A stretch of DNA of 64,000 nt, taken from the IMG/VR virus record IMGVR_UViG_3300023240_000015; one strand, written 5' to 3'. Below are positions 54,335 to 61,784 of the stretch, one piece after another. The translations under genes and the position numbers were made by a program. The DNA comes from an uncultured virus (IMG/VR IMGVR_UViG_3300023240_000015). Its lineage: Duplodnaviria > Heunggongvirae > Uroviricota > Caudoviricetes. The notes beneath the pieces are model-generated. The model was not told the origin of the DNA. It made no database searches and was given only the letters and a program-made list of their open reading frames with translations. Numbering within the stretch: position 1 is the first letter of the stretch; each line of letters begins with the position of its first letter.

Positions 54335-55023
54335 TATAATATTCTATTAAAAAATGCACCGAAATTTTCAAATGAAAGAAATTCATCTTCTTTATTTCTC
54401 AAAGTATCATATAATTTACCGAGATACCCACTATGCCGCAATTCTTTAAATACTAAATTCCCTATGGAATATTCTCCAGAGTCTGCCAACCCCCGAGTTC
54501 TCATTTCTTTAATTTCTCTTCGAAGTATGGTTCCTTCGTCTAGTGATAAATTTAGAGAAATTAATTCATCAATTCGGTCCTGATAATCTAATACGATATC
54601 TTTGATCTTATCACTACCCGATACGATATTACTAGGCATTGAAGGTTCTTGAATCCATGTATCGGTTAAAATGTCATATACACCTTTATTATCCAAAAGT
54701 TTTTCTTCCATCTTAATATTAAGTTCCAATAGATACCCACGAATGAAAATGGAATGATGGCTGTTGAAAAGTTTAGAATACATGTTCAAATATTCCGTGG
54801 CAACATCTTCATAAGAACCAACAGGATCTACGATGATGTGTAAATCAATATCGCTACTCGATCTCCAAACAAAAGATGCCAATGATCCAGTAAATAAAAC
54901 ATGTTTTACCTTGACATTGATTTTTAGGTCTGATACAATCCGTCTAGCTATAAATAATAGCTTTTCTTTAATTTCTGGTTGTAACTTTATACCATTCCAA
55001 AGTTTATCGTTGAGAGACTGCAT
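54334..55023 (-). CDS. Pol-beta-family nucleotidyltransferase
   Basis: TGSLAS...SDIDLHI, GVYDI...WI, GEYSIGNLVFKELR. Confidence 0.8.
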   Translation of the reverse strand: MQSLNDKLWNGIKLQPEIKEKLLFIARRIVSDLKINVKVKHVLFTGSLASFVWRSSSDIDLHIIVDPVGSYEDVATEYLNMYSKLFNSHHSIFIRGYLLELNIKMEEKLLDNKGVYDILTDTWIQEPSMPSNIVSGSDKIKDIVLDYQDRIDELISLNLSLDEGTILRREIKEMRTRGLADSGEYSIGNLVFKELRHSGYLGKLYDTLRNKEDEFLSFENFGAFFNRIL

Positions 55024-55063
55024 AGAAATATTTACTTGATTACTACGAAAAATCTGCTATTTT

Positions 55064-55330
55064 GTGGAAATGAAGAAAAATATCGAAGAACAGAAAGAAA
55101 TGGCTCTCAACTCTTTTAAATGGATCAAAGAACGAATTTCTGAATCAAATACCAATTTGGAATTATTGCGCGAAAAATCTTCTGTAAATCAAGACTCCGA
55201 TTTAATGGAAGTAGATGAGGATATAGACCAAGAAATTGAAGAAGCAATGATCATATATAAAGAATTGGCCGATAGACTTGGTTTCGAAAAGAGAAACCTG
55301 AAAGTTTTGGGTGTTATTACTGGTATCTAG
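55064..55330 (+). CDS. Hypothetical coiled-coil protein
   Basis: ORF downstream of a sigma70-like promoter. Confidence 0.6.
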   Translation: MEMKKNIEEQKEMALNSFKWIKERISESNTNLELLREKSSVNQDSDLMEVDEDIDQEIEEAMIIYKELADRLGFEKRNLKVLGVITGI

Positions 55331-55625
55331 AATCCCATTCGTTCTTCAGAGTTTCGGTAATTTCCGAAACCGTACGAAATTCTGCAATAGATTGAAGTTC
55401 AATCTTTTCCAAAAACCTTATATTGTTGAAATCTAGTTCGAGAACAAACACCCAGTCGGATCGATCTTCGTAGATACGCTCTTCGAATCGACAATCGACA
55501 ACATCAGCAATATTCAAACCACCTTTACCAAAAATTGTTACGGCTTGGTTTCTGAGAACGGTCAAATTTTCTAGGTTTAGAGGATCTGTGAAATTTGTGA
55601 CATTGTAGACAATTTCTATTTGCAT
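55317..55625 (-). CDS. Hypothetical protein
   Basis: ORF with TAAATA upstream. Confidence 0.6.
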   Translation of the reverse strand: MQIEIVYNVTNFTDPLNLENLTVLRNQAVTIFGKGGLNIADVVDCRFEERIYEDRSDWVFVLELDFNNIRFLEKIELQSIAEFRTVSEITETLKNEWDSRYQ

Positions 55626-55684
55626 ATATTATATTTAATATGATTTTTGTTGAATATCAAGAAAAATATGATAAATTATAGAAT

Positions 55685-55831
55685 ATGTCTGATAATAGAA
55701 AACATTCCGCTGGAAAGGGTGATTATCCTAGAAAAGTCAACCAAACCAAATATGGTAAGAATCATGATGAAATTTCATGGCCAAGTAAAAAGAAGGTTGA
55801 CAAATCAATAAAAACGAAATATGATCGGTGA
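55685..55831 (+). CDS. 48-aa basic phage protein (not in ORF track)
   Basis: MSDNRKHSAGKGDYPRKVNQTKYGKNHDEISW... Confidence 0.6.
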   Translation: MSDNRKHSAGKGDYPRKVNQTKYGKNHDEISWPSKKKVDKSIKTKYDR

Positions 55832-56504
55832 TATGTTTAATAAATTTACATTTAACCACAACAAAGACGTAAAAACATTCTTTGTGTCTGACACCCATTT
55901 TTGCCATGATCGAGATTTTATTTTAGGAAAACGAGGATTCTCCAACATATCTGAGCACGATATTGCGATAAAAAATCGATGGAATGATATCGTATCACCA
56001 CAAGATAACGTGATACATTTGGGGGATTTTTTGGTTGGGGCCGGAAATGATGCCTTTAAAAGAGGACAGGAAATTCTATTTTCTCTGAACGGACACATCC
56101 ATTTTTTATGGGGAAATCATAATAGTTATGTCAAAGAAATATATCGAATCTCCCTGAAAGAAAAAATTGGTGAATGTGATCTTACTACCGAAATGTATCC
56201 CATTACCTATCAAGACAAGATAACGTTTTATGGTAATAATCTTCTGGCTAAAATTAAAACCGAAAAAAACTCCCAATATATATTTTGTTCGCATTTTGCT
56301 CATCGCATATGGATAGATTCTCACAAAGGTTCTGTGTGGCATCTCAGTGGACACAGCCACGGTGTCGATGTCGAAAGTCAACCAGAATATCTCAACTCTT
56401 CTCGGTTAGATGTAGGTATCGAAAATTTTGGCGGTCCTGTGTCATTTGATGATATCAAAGTAATAATGGACAAAAAAATGGATAAAAAAATAGATCATCA
56501 TTGA
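55821..56504 (+). CDS. Calcineurin-like metallophosphoesterase
   Basis: SDTHF, HLGDF, GNH, HLSGHSH, LDVG. Confidence 0.9.
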   Translation: MIGDMFNKFTFNHNKDVKTFFVSDTHFCHDRDFILGKRGFSNISEHDIAIKNRWNDIVSPQDNVIHLGDFLVGAGNDAFKRGQEILFSLNGHIHFLWGNHNSYVKEIYRISLKEKIGECDLTTEMYPITYQDKITFYGNNLLAKIKTEKNSQYIFCSHFAHRIWIDSHKGSVWHLSGHSHGVDVESQPEYLNSSRLDVGIENFGGPVSFDDIKVIMDKKMDKKIDHH

Positions 56505-56514
56505 TTATTAATAA

Positions 56515-56787
56515 ATGAAATTTATTATCTCGATTTTATGTGCATTTATCGTTATGGGATGTTCGACTCCTAAATCGACATCTCGATTTTATGGTGATAC
56601 TGATTACCAACAGAAATCATCGAAGACTCTTTATACTAGGATGGGAACCGAATATCGCCTACAAATATATGAATTTAAATCTAAAAAAAATTCGGTGTTT
56701 GTGGGAGGATCGGTCGAAACAGGTTATGATATCTATCAACGTATGATGAAAATGAACGGAACGGTTAATGTTGGAATGGAATTTTAA
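56515..56787 (+). CDS. Small lipoprotein
   Basis: Lipoprotein signal ending VMGC. Confidence 0.65.
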   Translation: MKFIISILCAFIVMGCSTPKSTSRFYGDTDYQQKSSKTLYTRMGTEYRLQIYEFKSKKNSVFVGGSVETGYDIYQRMMKMNGTVNVGMEF

Positions 56788-56788
56788 A

Positions 56789-56989
56789 ATGAAAACTATA
56801 AATAAATTATTAAACTTTTTTGGATATGCATTGATACCATATTCCGAAATTGAATCAATGTATCGAGATGGTGAAATTTATGGGAATATCCATCCAGCAG
56901 AAAACGAAAGACTTTCTGGATATTTTAACGGTCTGGGAGATTATGCTTCTAAGAAATCTATGATATTAGATGAAAAATATTATCAATAA
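56789..56989 (+). CDS. Hypothetical protein
   Basis: ATG at 56789 right after the previous stop. Confidence 0.6.
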   Translation: MKTINKLLNFFGYALIPYSEIESMYRDGEIYGNIHPAENERLSGYFNGLGDYASKKSMILDEKYYQ

Positions 56990-56991
56990 CC

Positions 56992-57380
56992 TTGACATAT
57001 TTTTAAAATTATGAATAATTCAAACATGAAAAACCGCGAAACCTTATGGGTAATTTATCTGGAGAAAAACCCGAAGTTCATTCAACCAGATGCCCAAATT
57101 ACCTTTACCCAAAAGGGTTTGAGACAGTTCTTCTAACGAACATTCGACTATGCCTATAAAGCTGGTGTTGAATCTGCAATTGAAGACCCATCACCCCAAT
57201 CATCTAAAAAGGATTATGATGATCTTTCGGGTGATAATTTTTTTAATCATTTGTTCAAACGATATAAAAAATAAATTGACATTTATCAAAAGATCTGAAA
57301 AACTTCAAACATGTTCACACTTCCACACAAATATCAACACCAATAAAATAAGTTGACATAACCTATAAAATCTGATAATT
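56992..57380 (+). promoter_or_regulatory. Cluster of sigma70-like early/middle promoters
   Basis: TTGACA at ~56992, ~57276 and ~57353, each followed by a TG-extended -10-like hexamer. Confidence 0.6.
57026..57274 (+). pseudogene. Small gene with an in-frame TAA at codon 37
   Basis: MKNRETLW...GLRQFF*RTFDYAYKAGVES...RYKK*; own TTGACA promoter. Confidence 0.6.
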
Positions 57381-57387
57381 TATCAAA

Positions 57388-57819
57388 ATGAAAACAATTA
57401 GAACCAGCACATTCGAAACAAATAGTTCATCGAGCCATTCTCTCACAATTGGGACGAATATCGAAATGCCAAAGATAGATTATAATGGAGAACCTTTTGT
57501 AATCGAAAGTGGTGAATATGGTTGGGGATATAAAAGTTTTACCGATATTTATAGCAAAATTTGTTACGTTGCTGTTGATGCAATGGAAACCGGAAACGAA
57601 AATCTTAAAAATTGGTTAGTCGAGATTCTTAAAGATGCATATCATTGTGGTGATGTAGTATTCGACTTCACCGTTGGTTGCGAATCTAATAAAAACTATA
57701 CCTACATCGACCACCAATCGGTGGGAACCGCTCTCGAAGCATTTCAGAGCAAATCCGATCTAGAAAGATTTTTGTTTTCACCTACTAGCGAACTAATTAT
57801 TAATAACGATAATCACTAA
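57388..57819 (+). CDS. Conserved phage protein (FETNSSSSHS family)
   Basis: IRTSTFETNSSSSHS...YIDHQS. Confidence 0.8.
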   Translation: MKTIRTSTFETNSSSSHSLTIGTNIEMPKIDYNGEPFVIESGEYGWGYKSFTDIYSKICYVAVDAMETGNENLKNWLVEILKDAYHCGDVVFDFTVGCESNKNYTYIDHQSVGTALEAFQSKSDLERFLFSPTSELIINNDNH

Positions 57820-57905
57820 AACCAAACCATCCTAGAATAAGGTAATCTAGGATGATGATAAAGAAATTATTGACGACGATACGACACAATGATAAGTAAT
57901 CGTTA

Positions 57906-58229
57906 ATGAACACAGATGATCTAGGAACAATTTACGAGTCCTCCGTTTTTAACGAGGGACTCGTTTCTAATGTTGGTAAGATCCTTAAAACCGGATTGGA
58001 ACAGGGGTCTAACATTTTTGATATTGTTTCTAATAATCTTCAAGAGTTTATTTCGGTAATTGCTGTTGTGTCGGCAATGACCACGGCAATGAAATTTCAA
58101 ACGATGTATCAAAACCGACCGGATATTTTGAAAAGTCATATTCATTATGTTGAAGCAGCTAAAGATGAAGTGGCTCAATTTTTGGTAGATCATCCAGATA
58201 TTGTTCAGATGTTGATTAAAAAGAGTTGA
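57906..58229 (+). CDS. Hypothetical protein
   Basis: TAAGTA at 57893. Confidence 0.65.
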   Translation: MNTDDLGTIYESSVFNEGLVSNVGKILKTGLEQGSNIFDIVSNNLQEFISVIAVVSAMTTAMKFQTMYQNRPDILKSHIHYVEAAKDEVAQFLVDHPDIVQMLIKKS

Positions 58230-58274
58230 AAAATGATACACTCAAGTATAAGTAAATAGAGAAGGACATATAAG

Positions 58275-58364
58275 ATGAAGTTAAGATCAAACACAACAAT
58301 GCATAAACCGCAACCGATTATAGGTCGTTTAGGTTATTGTGTCGCTGAATGGCTCTTTATGTAA
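58275..58364 (+). CDS. 29-aa leader peptide of a putative tRNA-operon attenuator
   Basis: GAAGGA SD at 58261; MKLRSNTTMHKPQPIIGRLGYCVAEWLFM*; 19 of 20 amino acids. Confidence 0.75.
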   Translation: MKLRSNTTMHKPQPIIGRLGYCVAEWLFM

Positions 58365-58366
58365 CA

Positions 58367-58405
58367 TCCCTGATTATAATCTAATAGTAGACGAATAATC
58401 GGGGA
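58367..58405 (+). promoter_or_regulatory. Antiterminator hairpin
   Basis: TCCCTGATTAT (58367-77) pairs with ATAATCGGGGA (58395-405) and overlaps the terminator 5' arm. Confidence 0.7.
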
Positions 58406-58430
58406 ACCCAAAAGGTTCCCTTTTTTGTTT
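58402..58430 (+). terminator. Intrinsic terminator (attenuator)
   Basis: GGGAACC-caaaa-GGTTCCC-TTTTTTGTTT. Confidence 0.85.
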
Positions 58431-58552
58431 TAGGAACCAAAAACTGAAAACAAAAAGAAAAAGTAAAAAAAATTTGACAATCTCTTAAAAATATGAGACA
58501 GTAAAGGGGTTGAAAGAAAAACAACAAAAACAATTTTTAGAACATTTTGAGA

Positions 58553-58780
58553 AGACTTAGTTAGCCTAGTTCACTTCTAGTGGCGGTAAGAACGGCGAAA
58601 AAACAATAATAAAGAAAATCGGACCTTGTGCCTCGAAAGCATATTGAAAAATGGTTTCCGATTCGTTCCAATAGGAATAGCCCCCAATTGACAGGAGATC
58701 TAAAAGATCTTGTGTGGTAATAATCTATGGGTAGAAGCATCAACTTCTACTATAGAATAACCATCGTTCTAAATGTCTTG
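58553..58780 (+). ncRNA. Putative multi-stem structured RNA
   Basis: Closing AAGAC/GTCTT and AGAACG/CGTTCT pairings plus several internal hairpins; no convincing ORF. Confidence 0.45.
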
Positions 58781-58828
58781 AAAAACTGATGAACATTAAG
58801 ATGGTTATTATATTAGCAGACTATGTAA

Positions 58829-59413
58829 ATGTCTGCACATTTTATGAAAAATCCATATCCAATTCACTATACTAGGGATGAGTATAGAAACGAATATCTA
58901 GTATCTCCCGATTGGAAGAAGAAGAGGCTTATTGTATTGGAAAGGGATGAAGTATGTCGAATTTGTGATGTGACCGTTTCACATGATGTTCACCACATAA
59001 CATATGACCGTATTCCGTTCGAGAATTTGGAGACCGATTTAATCGGAATCTGTCGCCCTTGTCATAATAAGATTCATAGCTGGCATCTCTTAACTAAGTG
59101 CCGTAGCGTGAAAAAGATACGTTCACTTATTTCAATGATGAAGACTAAATTCGAGATAGATGATTTATTCATCTCAAAAATGAATGGTTTACCGATAAAT
59201 TCGAAGAAAAAGATGTCGAGTCTCTTTAAGAAGAATGTGCATTCCTTCGAATCTCTTCGTGGGGTTATGGTAACATTTAGAACTTACTTGGACATAAGAG
59301 ACCTAATCAAAACAGCCCGTAAGAAGTTTAAATCAAAGAAGTTGGGGTTTAAGATCAATAAACCACAAAATTCTTTCTTAGGTCATGGTGGATGGAGTAG
59401 AAAAATTCTATAA
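58829..59413 (+). CDS. HNH endonuclease-like protein
   Basis: WKKKR..VLERD..CRIC...VHHITY...ICRPCHNKIH. Confidence 0.85.
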   Translation: MSAHFMKNPYPIHYTRDEYRNEYLVSPDWKKKRLIVLERDEVCRICDVTVSHDVHHITYDRIPFENLETDLIGICRPCHNKIHSWHLLTKCRSVKKIRSLISMMKTKFEIDDLFISKMNGLPINSKKKMSSLFKKNVHSFESLRGVMVTFRTYLDIRDLIKTARKKFKSKKLGFKINKPQNSFLGHGGWSRKIL

Positions 59414-59420
59414 TTAAAAT

Positions 59421-59493
59421 ATCCCTGCCAGCGGATTCTGGACAGATGCCTTCTAAGCAACTAGGGAAGGTTCGACTCCTTCTAGGGATACCA
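59421..59493 (+). tRNA. tRNA-Arg(TCT), atypical D arm
   Basis: ATCCCTG/TAGGGAT stem, loop CT-TCT-AA, GGTTCGACTCC, CCA. Confidence 0.7.
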
Positions 59494-59548
59494 AATGTTA
59501 AATATCGTTTCGGCCCGATGATCTGGTAAACCAGAAGCCGACATTTTT

Positions 59549-59585
59549 GCCGTGGTCGCATAGTGGCCGATTGCACCTGTTTTTT
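59549..59585 (+). pseudogene. Orphan tRNA 5' half (Thr-like)
   Basis: GCCGTGG-TC-GCATAGTGGCCGATTGC-A-CCTGT, with no adjacent 3' half. Confidence 0.55.
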
Positions 59586-59784
59586 TACCTACAGAGTTCG
59601 TCGATTAGTATGTAGGTGGCTGGAATAAACATCGACTCTGACGGAGAATCTGATAGGTCAGAAATAGGTCTGACAATCCGTTGAAGCAACAACAAAAATC
59701 GCGATCAAAATGTTGCTAGGACTTGTAAATTTGAAACTTGCGAACGGCTCGCGTAATCTGGTAAACCAGAAGCCGACTTTTTAC

Positions 59785-59858
59785 GCTTCCTTAGTTCACG
59801 CTGGCTAGAATTCCTCACTTGTAATGAGGGGAAGTCGGTTCGACACCGACAGGAAGCT
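59785..59858 (+). tRNA. tRNA-Thr(TGT)
   Basis: Canonical cloverleaf; CCTCA-CTTGTAA-TGAGG. Confidence 0.9.
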
Positions 59859-60565
59859 CATGATCGATTGCGTTTGCCACTCTTGTTAAGTCTCCTAAAG
59901 TTTGGAGTCAAACTATGACAATTTGGACAAATTAGTTCAAGGTTATCCTCAGAACAATTCAAAGCATCACCGTCAATATGGTTGACCTCCAAAGGAATAG
60001 ATTTGCTAGTTGGGTTAATTTGACTCCAACCACATTTACAACATTTGTTTTCATATTTATCAAAAAGATATCTTCTTACGAATACTTTAATTCGGATAGT
60101 CTTTCCCGTCCACCCATTGATGGACCCATCTTTCCAATTACTAATCAACTCTTGTTGTTTATATTTTCTTGTGCAAATCTGCGAACAAAATTTTCTTGGA
60201 TTTTCCCTCTCGATGAAAGAAAATGAGTCTTTGCAATTCTCACAATTTTTTGTTTTAGTGTTAGTAATTTTTCTTAAATGGTTGTTGAAAGTTGCCGAAC
60301 AAGACCTTGAACAGAAATTATTATCACCAATTTGGCTATTTTGGATAATCCGACTTTCTCCGCAATTTTTACAAATAATAGACTTGGTGAGAGTCTTCGC
60401 TCGTCGTGAACACTCTACGGAACAAAAATCGACCCTTTTTGTCCCTTTCAATCCCCTTCGTGCTAGTGATATACTAACGAAAAAAGGTTTCTTACAATTT
60501 AAGCATTCGCATGGAACTTTTGAGCCGCGAACAACATCTGAAATATTTGGTACGAGCATCTTCAT
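59858..60565 (-). CDS. HNH homing endonuclease with Cys-rich repeats, antisense to the tRNA array
   Basis: FCS..C repeats, LEVNHIDG...NLELICPNCH; start reassigned to the ATG at 60565 after GTAAGTA. Confidence 0.85.
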   Translation of the reverse strand: MKMLVPNISDVVRGSKVPCECLNCKKPFFVSISLARRGLKGTKRVDFCSVECSRRAKTLTKSIICKNCGESRIIQNSQIGDNNFCSRSCSATFNNHLRKITNTKTKNCENCKDSFSFIERENPRKFCSQICTRKYKQQELISNWKDGSINGWTGKTIRIKVFVRRYLFDKYENKCCKCGWSQINPTSKSIPLEVNHIDGDALNCSEDNLELICPNCHSLTPNFRRLNKSGKRNRS

Positions 60566-60608
60566 ACTAATACTTACCCCGATTCCCCGTCTTGGCTCCA
60601 TACAATTT

Positions 60609-60687
60609 GTCGCGGGAGTGAAACGGAATAATAATCCAAGTCTCATAAGCTTTGGGATAACAGGTTCGACTCCTGTCTGCGCCACCA
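60609..60687 (+). tRNA. tRNA-Met(CAT)
   Basis: Loop CT-CAT-AA, GGTTCGACTCC, CCA; one acceptor mismatch. Confidence 0.75.
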
Positions 60688-60713
60688 TTGATAATGATCG
60701 TTTACATTTATAT

Positions 60714-60809
60714 ATGGATAAGGCTAAGGTAGCCGGAAGGACTCCAAATCCTTTGTGTCAAATCGGAAGAAATGACTACGATAAGATTCGATTTCTTATA
60801 TCCATGCCA
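60714..60809 (+). tRNA. tRNA-Trp(CCA) with enlarged variable region
   Basis: ATGGATA/TATCCAT, AAGGA-CTCCAAA-TCCTT, G73, CCA. Confidence 0.75.
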
Positions 60810-60826
60810 TTTCAAAAACTTTATAT

Positions 60827-60913
60827 GTGGTTGCGCAGAAGTCGGAGAGTCTGACCTGCCTTTCAAGCAGTGTCCCTTATGGGAAGCGGGTTCGATTCCC
60901 GTCAGCCATGCCA
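60827..60913 (+). tRNA. tRNA-Glu(TTC) with long variable arm
   Basis: CTGC-CTTTCAA-GCAG, TCCC-ttat-GGGA arm, GGTTCGATTCC, CCA. Confidence 0.7.
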
Positions 60914-60996
60914 TTTCGATACTTTGCCTTAACAATGTGTAGTTATTAGTTTCTAGAAACTATCCGTATGTGTGCATACGGGTTGAATGTTTTTAT

Positions 60997-61073
60997 GGTG
61001 GTATTAGTGTAGTGGTTTCGCACTTCTCTTTGTGAAAGAGACAGGATGATTTCGAATATCATATACCACACCA
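60997..61073 (+). tRNA. tRNA-His(GTG)
   Basis: G-1 encoded, TCTCT-TTGTGAA-AGAGA, A73, CCA. Confidence 0.8.
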
Positions 61074-61076
61074 TTT

Positions 61077-61320
61077 TTCATTAATCTTATCTTGGATAAT
61101 TTGGAAATATTTTAATGACGACAATTCAGTGAATTTCATCTGTTCGGTAGTGTTTATAACACACAATTCTATACCATCCTCGAAACATTTTTTGATTTTC
61201 GCGTATCATTTCTTTGAATATTTAACAATTTAGATTCCCCGTAGATGGGAGAGTAATGAAATATACCATTGATCTCAAAAGCCAAGTCTAATTTTTGGAT
61301 GTAGATATCTAACTCTATCG
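61077..61320 (-). pseudogene. Remnant PD-(D/E)xK (Vsr/DUF559-like) endonuclease
   Basis: IELDIYIQKLDLAFEINGIFHYSPIYG, then a frameshift to CFEDGIELCVIN; no N-terminus. Confidence 0.7.
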
Positions 61321-61341
61321 CTTAGAAAATTTTAGTATTAT

Positions 61342-61412
61342 TCCCTGTAGGTGTATCGGTTGCACATCTGGTTTTGGCCCAGACAGGCGTGGTTCGATTC
61401 CACGACGGGGAG
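61342..61412 (+). tRNA. tRNA-Gln(TTG)
   Basis: TCTGG-TTTTGGC-CCAGA, GGTTCGATTCC. Confidence 0.85.
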
Positions 61413-61426
61413 CATTTTAGATTTTT

Positions 61427-61511
61427 GGGTGATTAAACTGTTAAGGAGGCAGTCGGGATTGTAAACCCCGCTCGTAATGATCGCAGGATTCGATTTCCTG
61501 ATCACCCACCA
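61427..61511 (+). tRNA. tRNA-Tyr(GTA)
   Basis: GGGTGAT/ATCACCC, loop TT-GTA-AA, long variable arm, CCA. Confidence 0.85.
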
Positions 61512-61515
61512 TTTC

Positions 61516-61594
61516 GCGTTGGTATCCGCTTCGGCTTCGAACCGATTGAAACGGTAAAGGACGCATGGGATTTCGAAATTCCCCCGACGCACCA
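61516..61594 (+). tRNA. tRNA-Arg(TCG)-like RNA lacking a conventional D arm
   Basis: GCGTTGG/CCGACGC, TCGG-CTTCGAA-CCGA, T arm, ACCA. Confidence 0.6.
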
Positions 61595-61700
61595 TTTGAA
61601 TAATTTATCTAAACGATAAAGCCTGCACGTTTGAAGGTTCATGCGACCAATGATTACTACCATGTAGAGTCTCGCGAAACTGATCGGATGTATTTTCAAC

Positions 61701-61771
61701 CTCTGTATAATTAAATGGTATAATAAGCCTTTGATAAAGGCTCTTCGTTGGTTCGATTCCAGCTATAGAGA
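61701..61771 (+). tRNA. tRNA-Ile(GAT)
   Basis: AGCCT-TTGATAA-AGGCT, GGTTCGATTCC. Confidence 0.85.
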
Positions 61772-61784
61772 CATAATTTTCTAA

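Noticed and set aside
59421..59493. Amber suppressor reading (CTA) of the first tRNA
   Set aside because: The stem register supports loop CT-TCT-AA (Arg); the shifted register does not pair.
59509..59542. Hammerhead ribozyme (CCGATGA...GAAG)
   Set aside because: The core deviates from CUGANGA/GAAA, stems I and III are missing, and the second copy lacks the motif.
60045..60854. 269-aa plus-strand ORF
   Set aside because: Antisense shadow of the HNH gene that also runs through tRNA genes.
60827..60913. Opal/selenocysteine (TCA) reading of the long-arm tRNA
   Set aside because: CTGC/GCAG pairing centres TTC in a 7-nt loop, and the acceptor stem is 7 bp.
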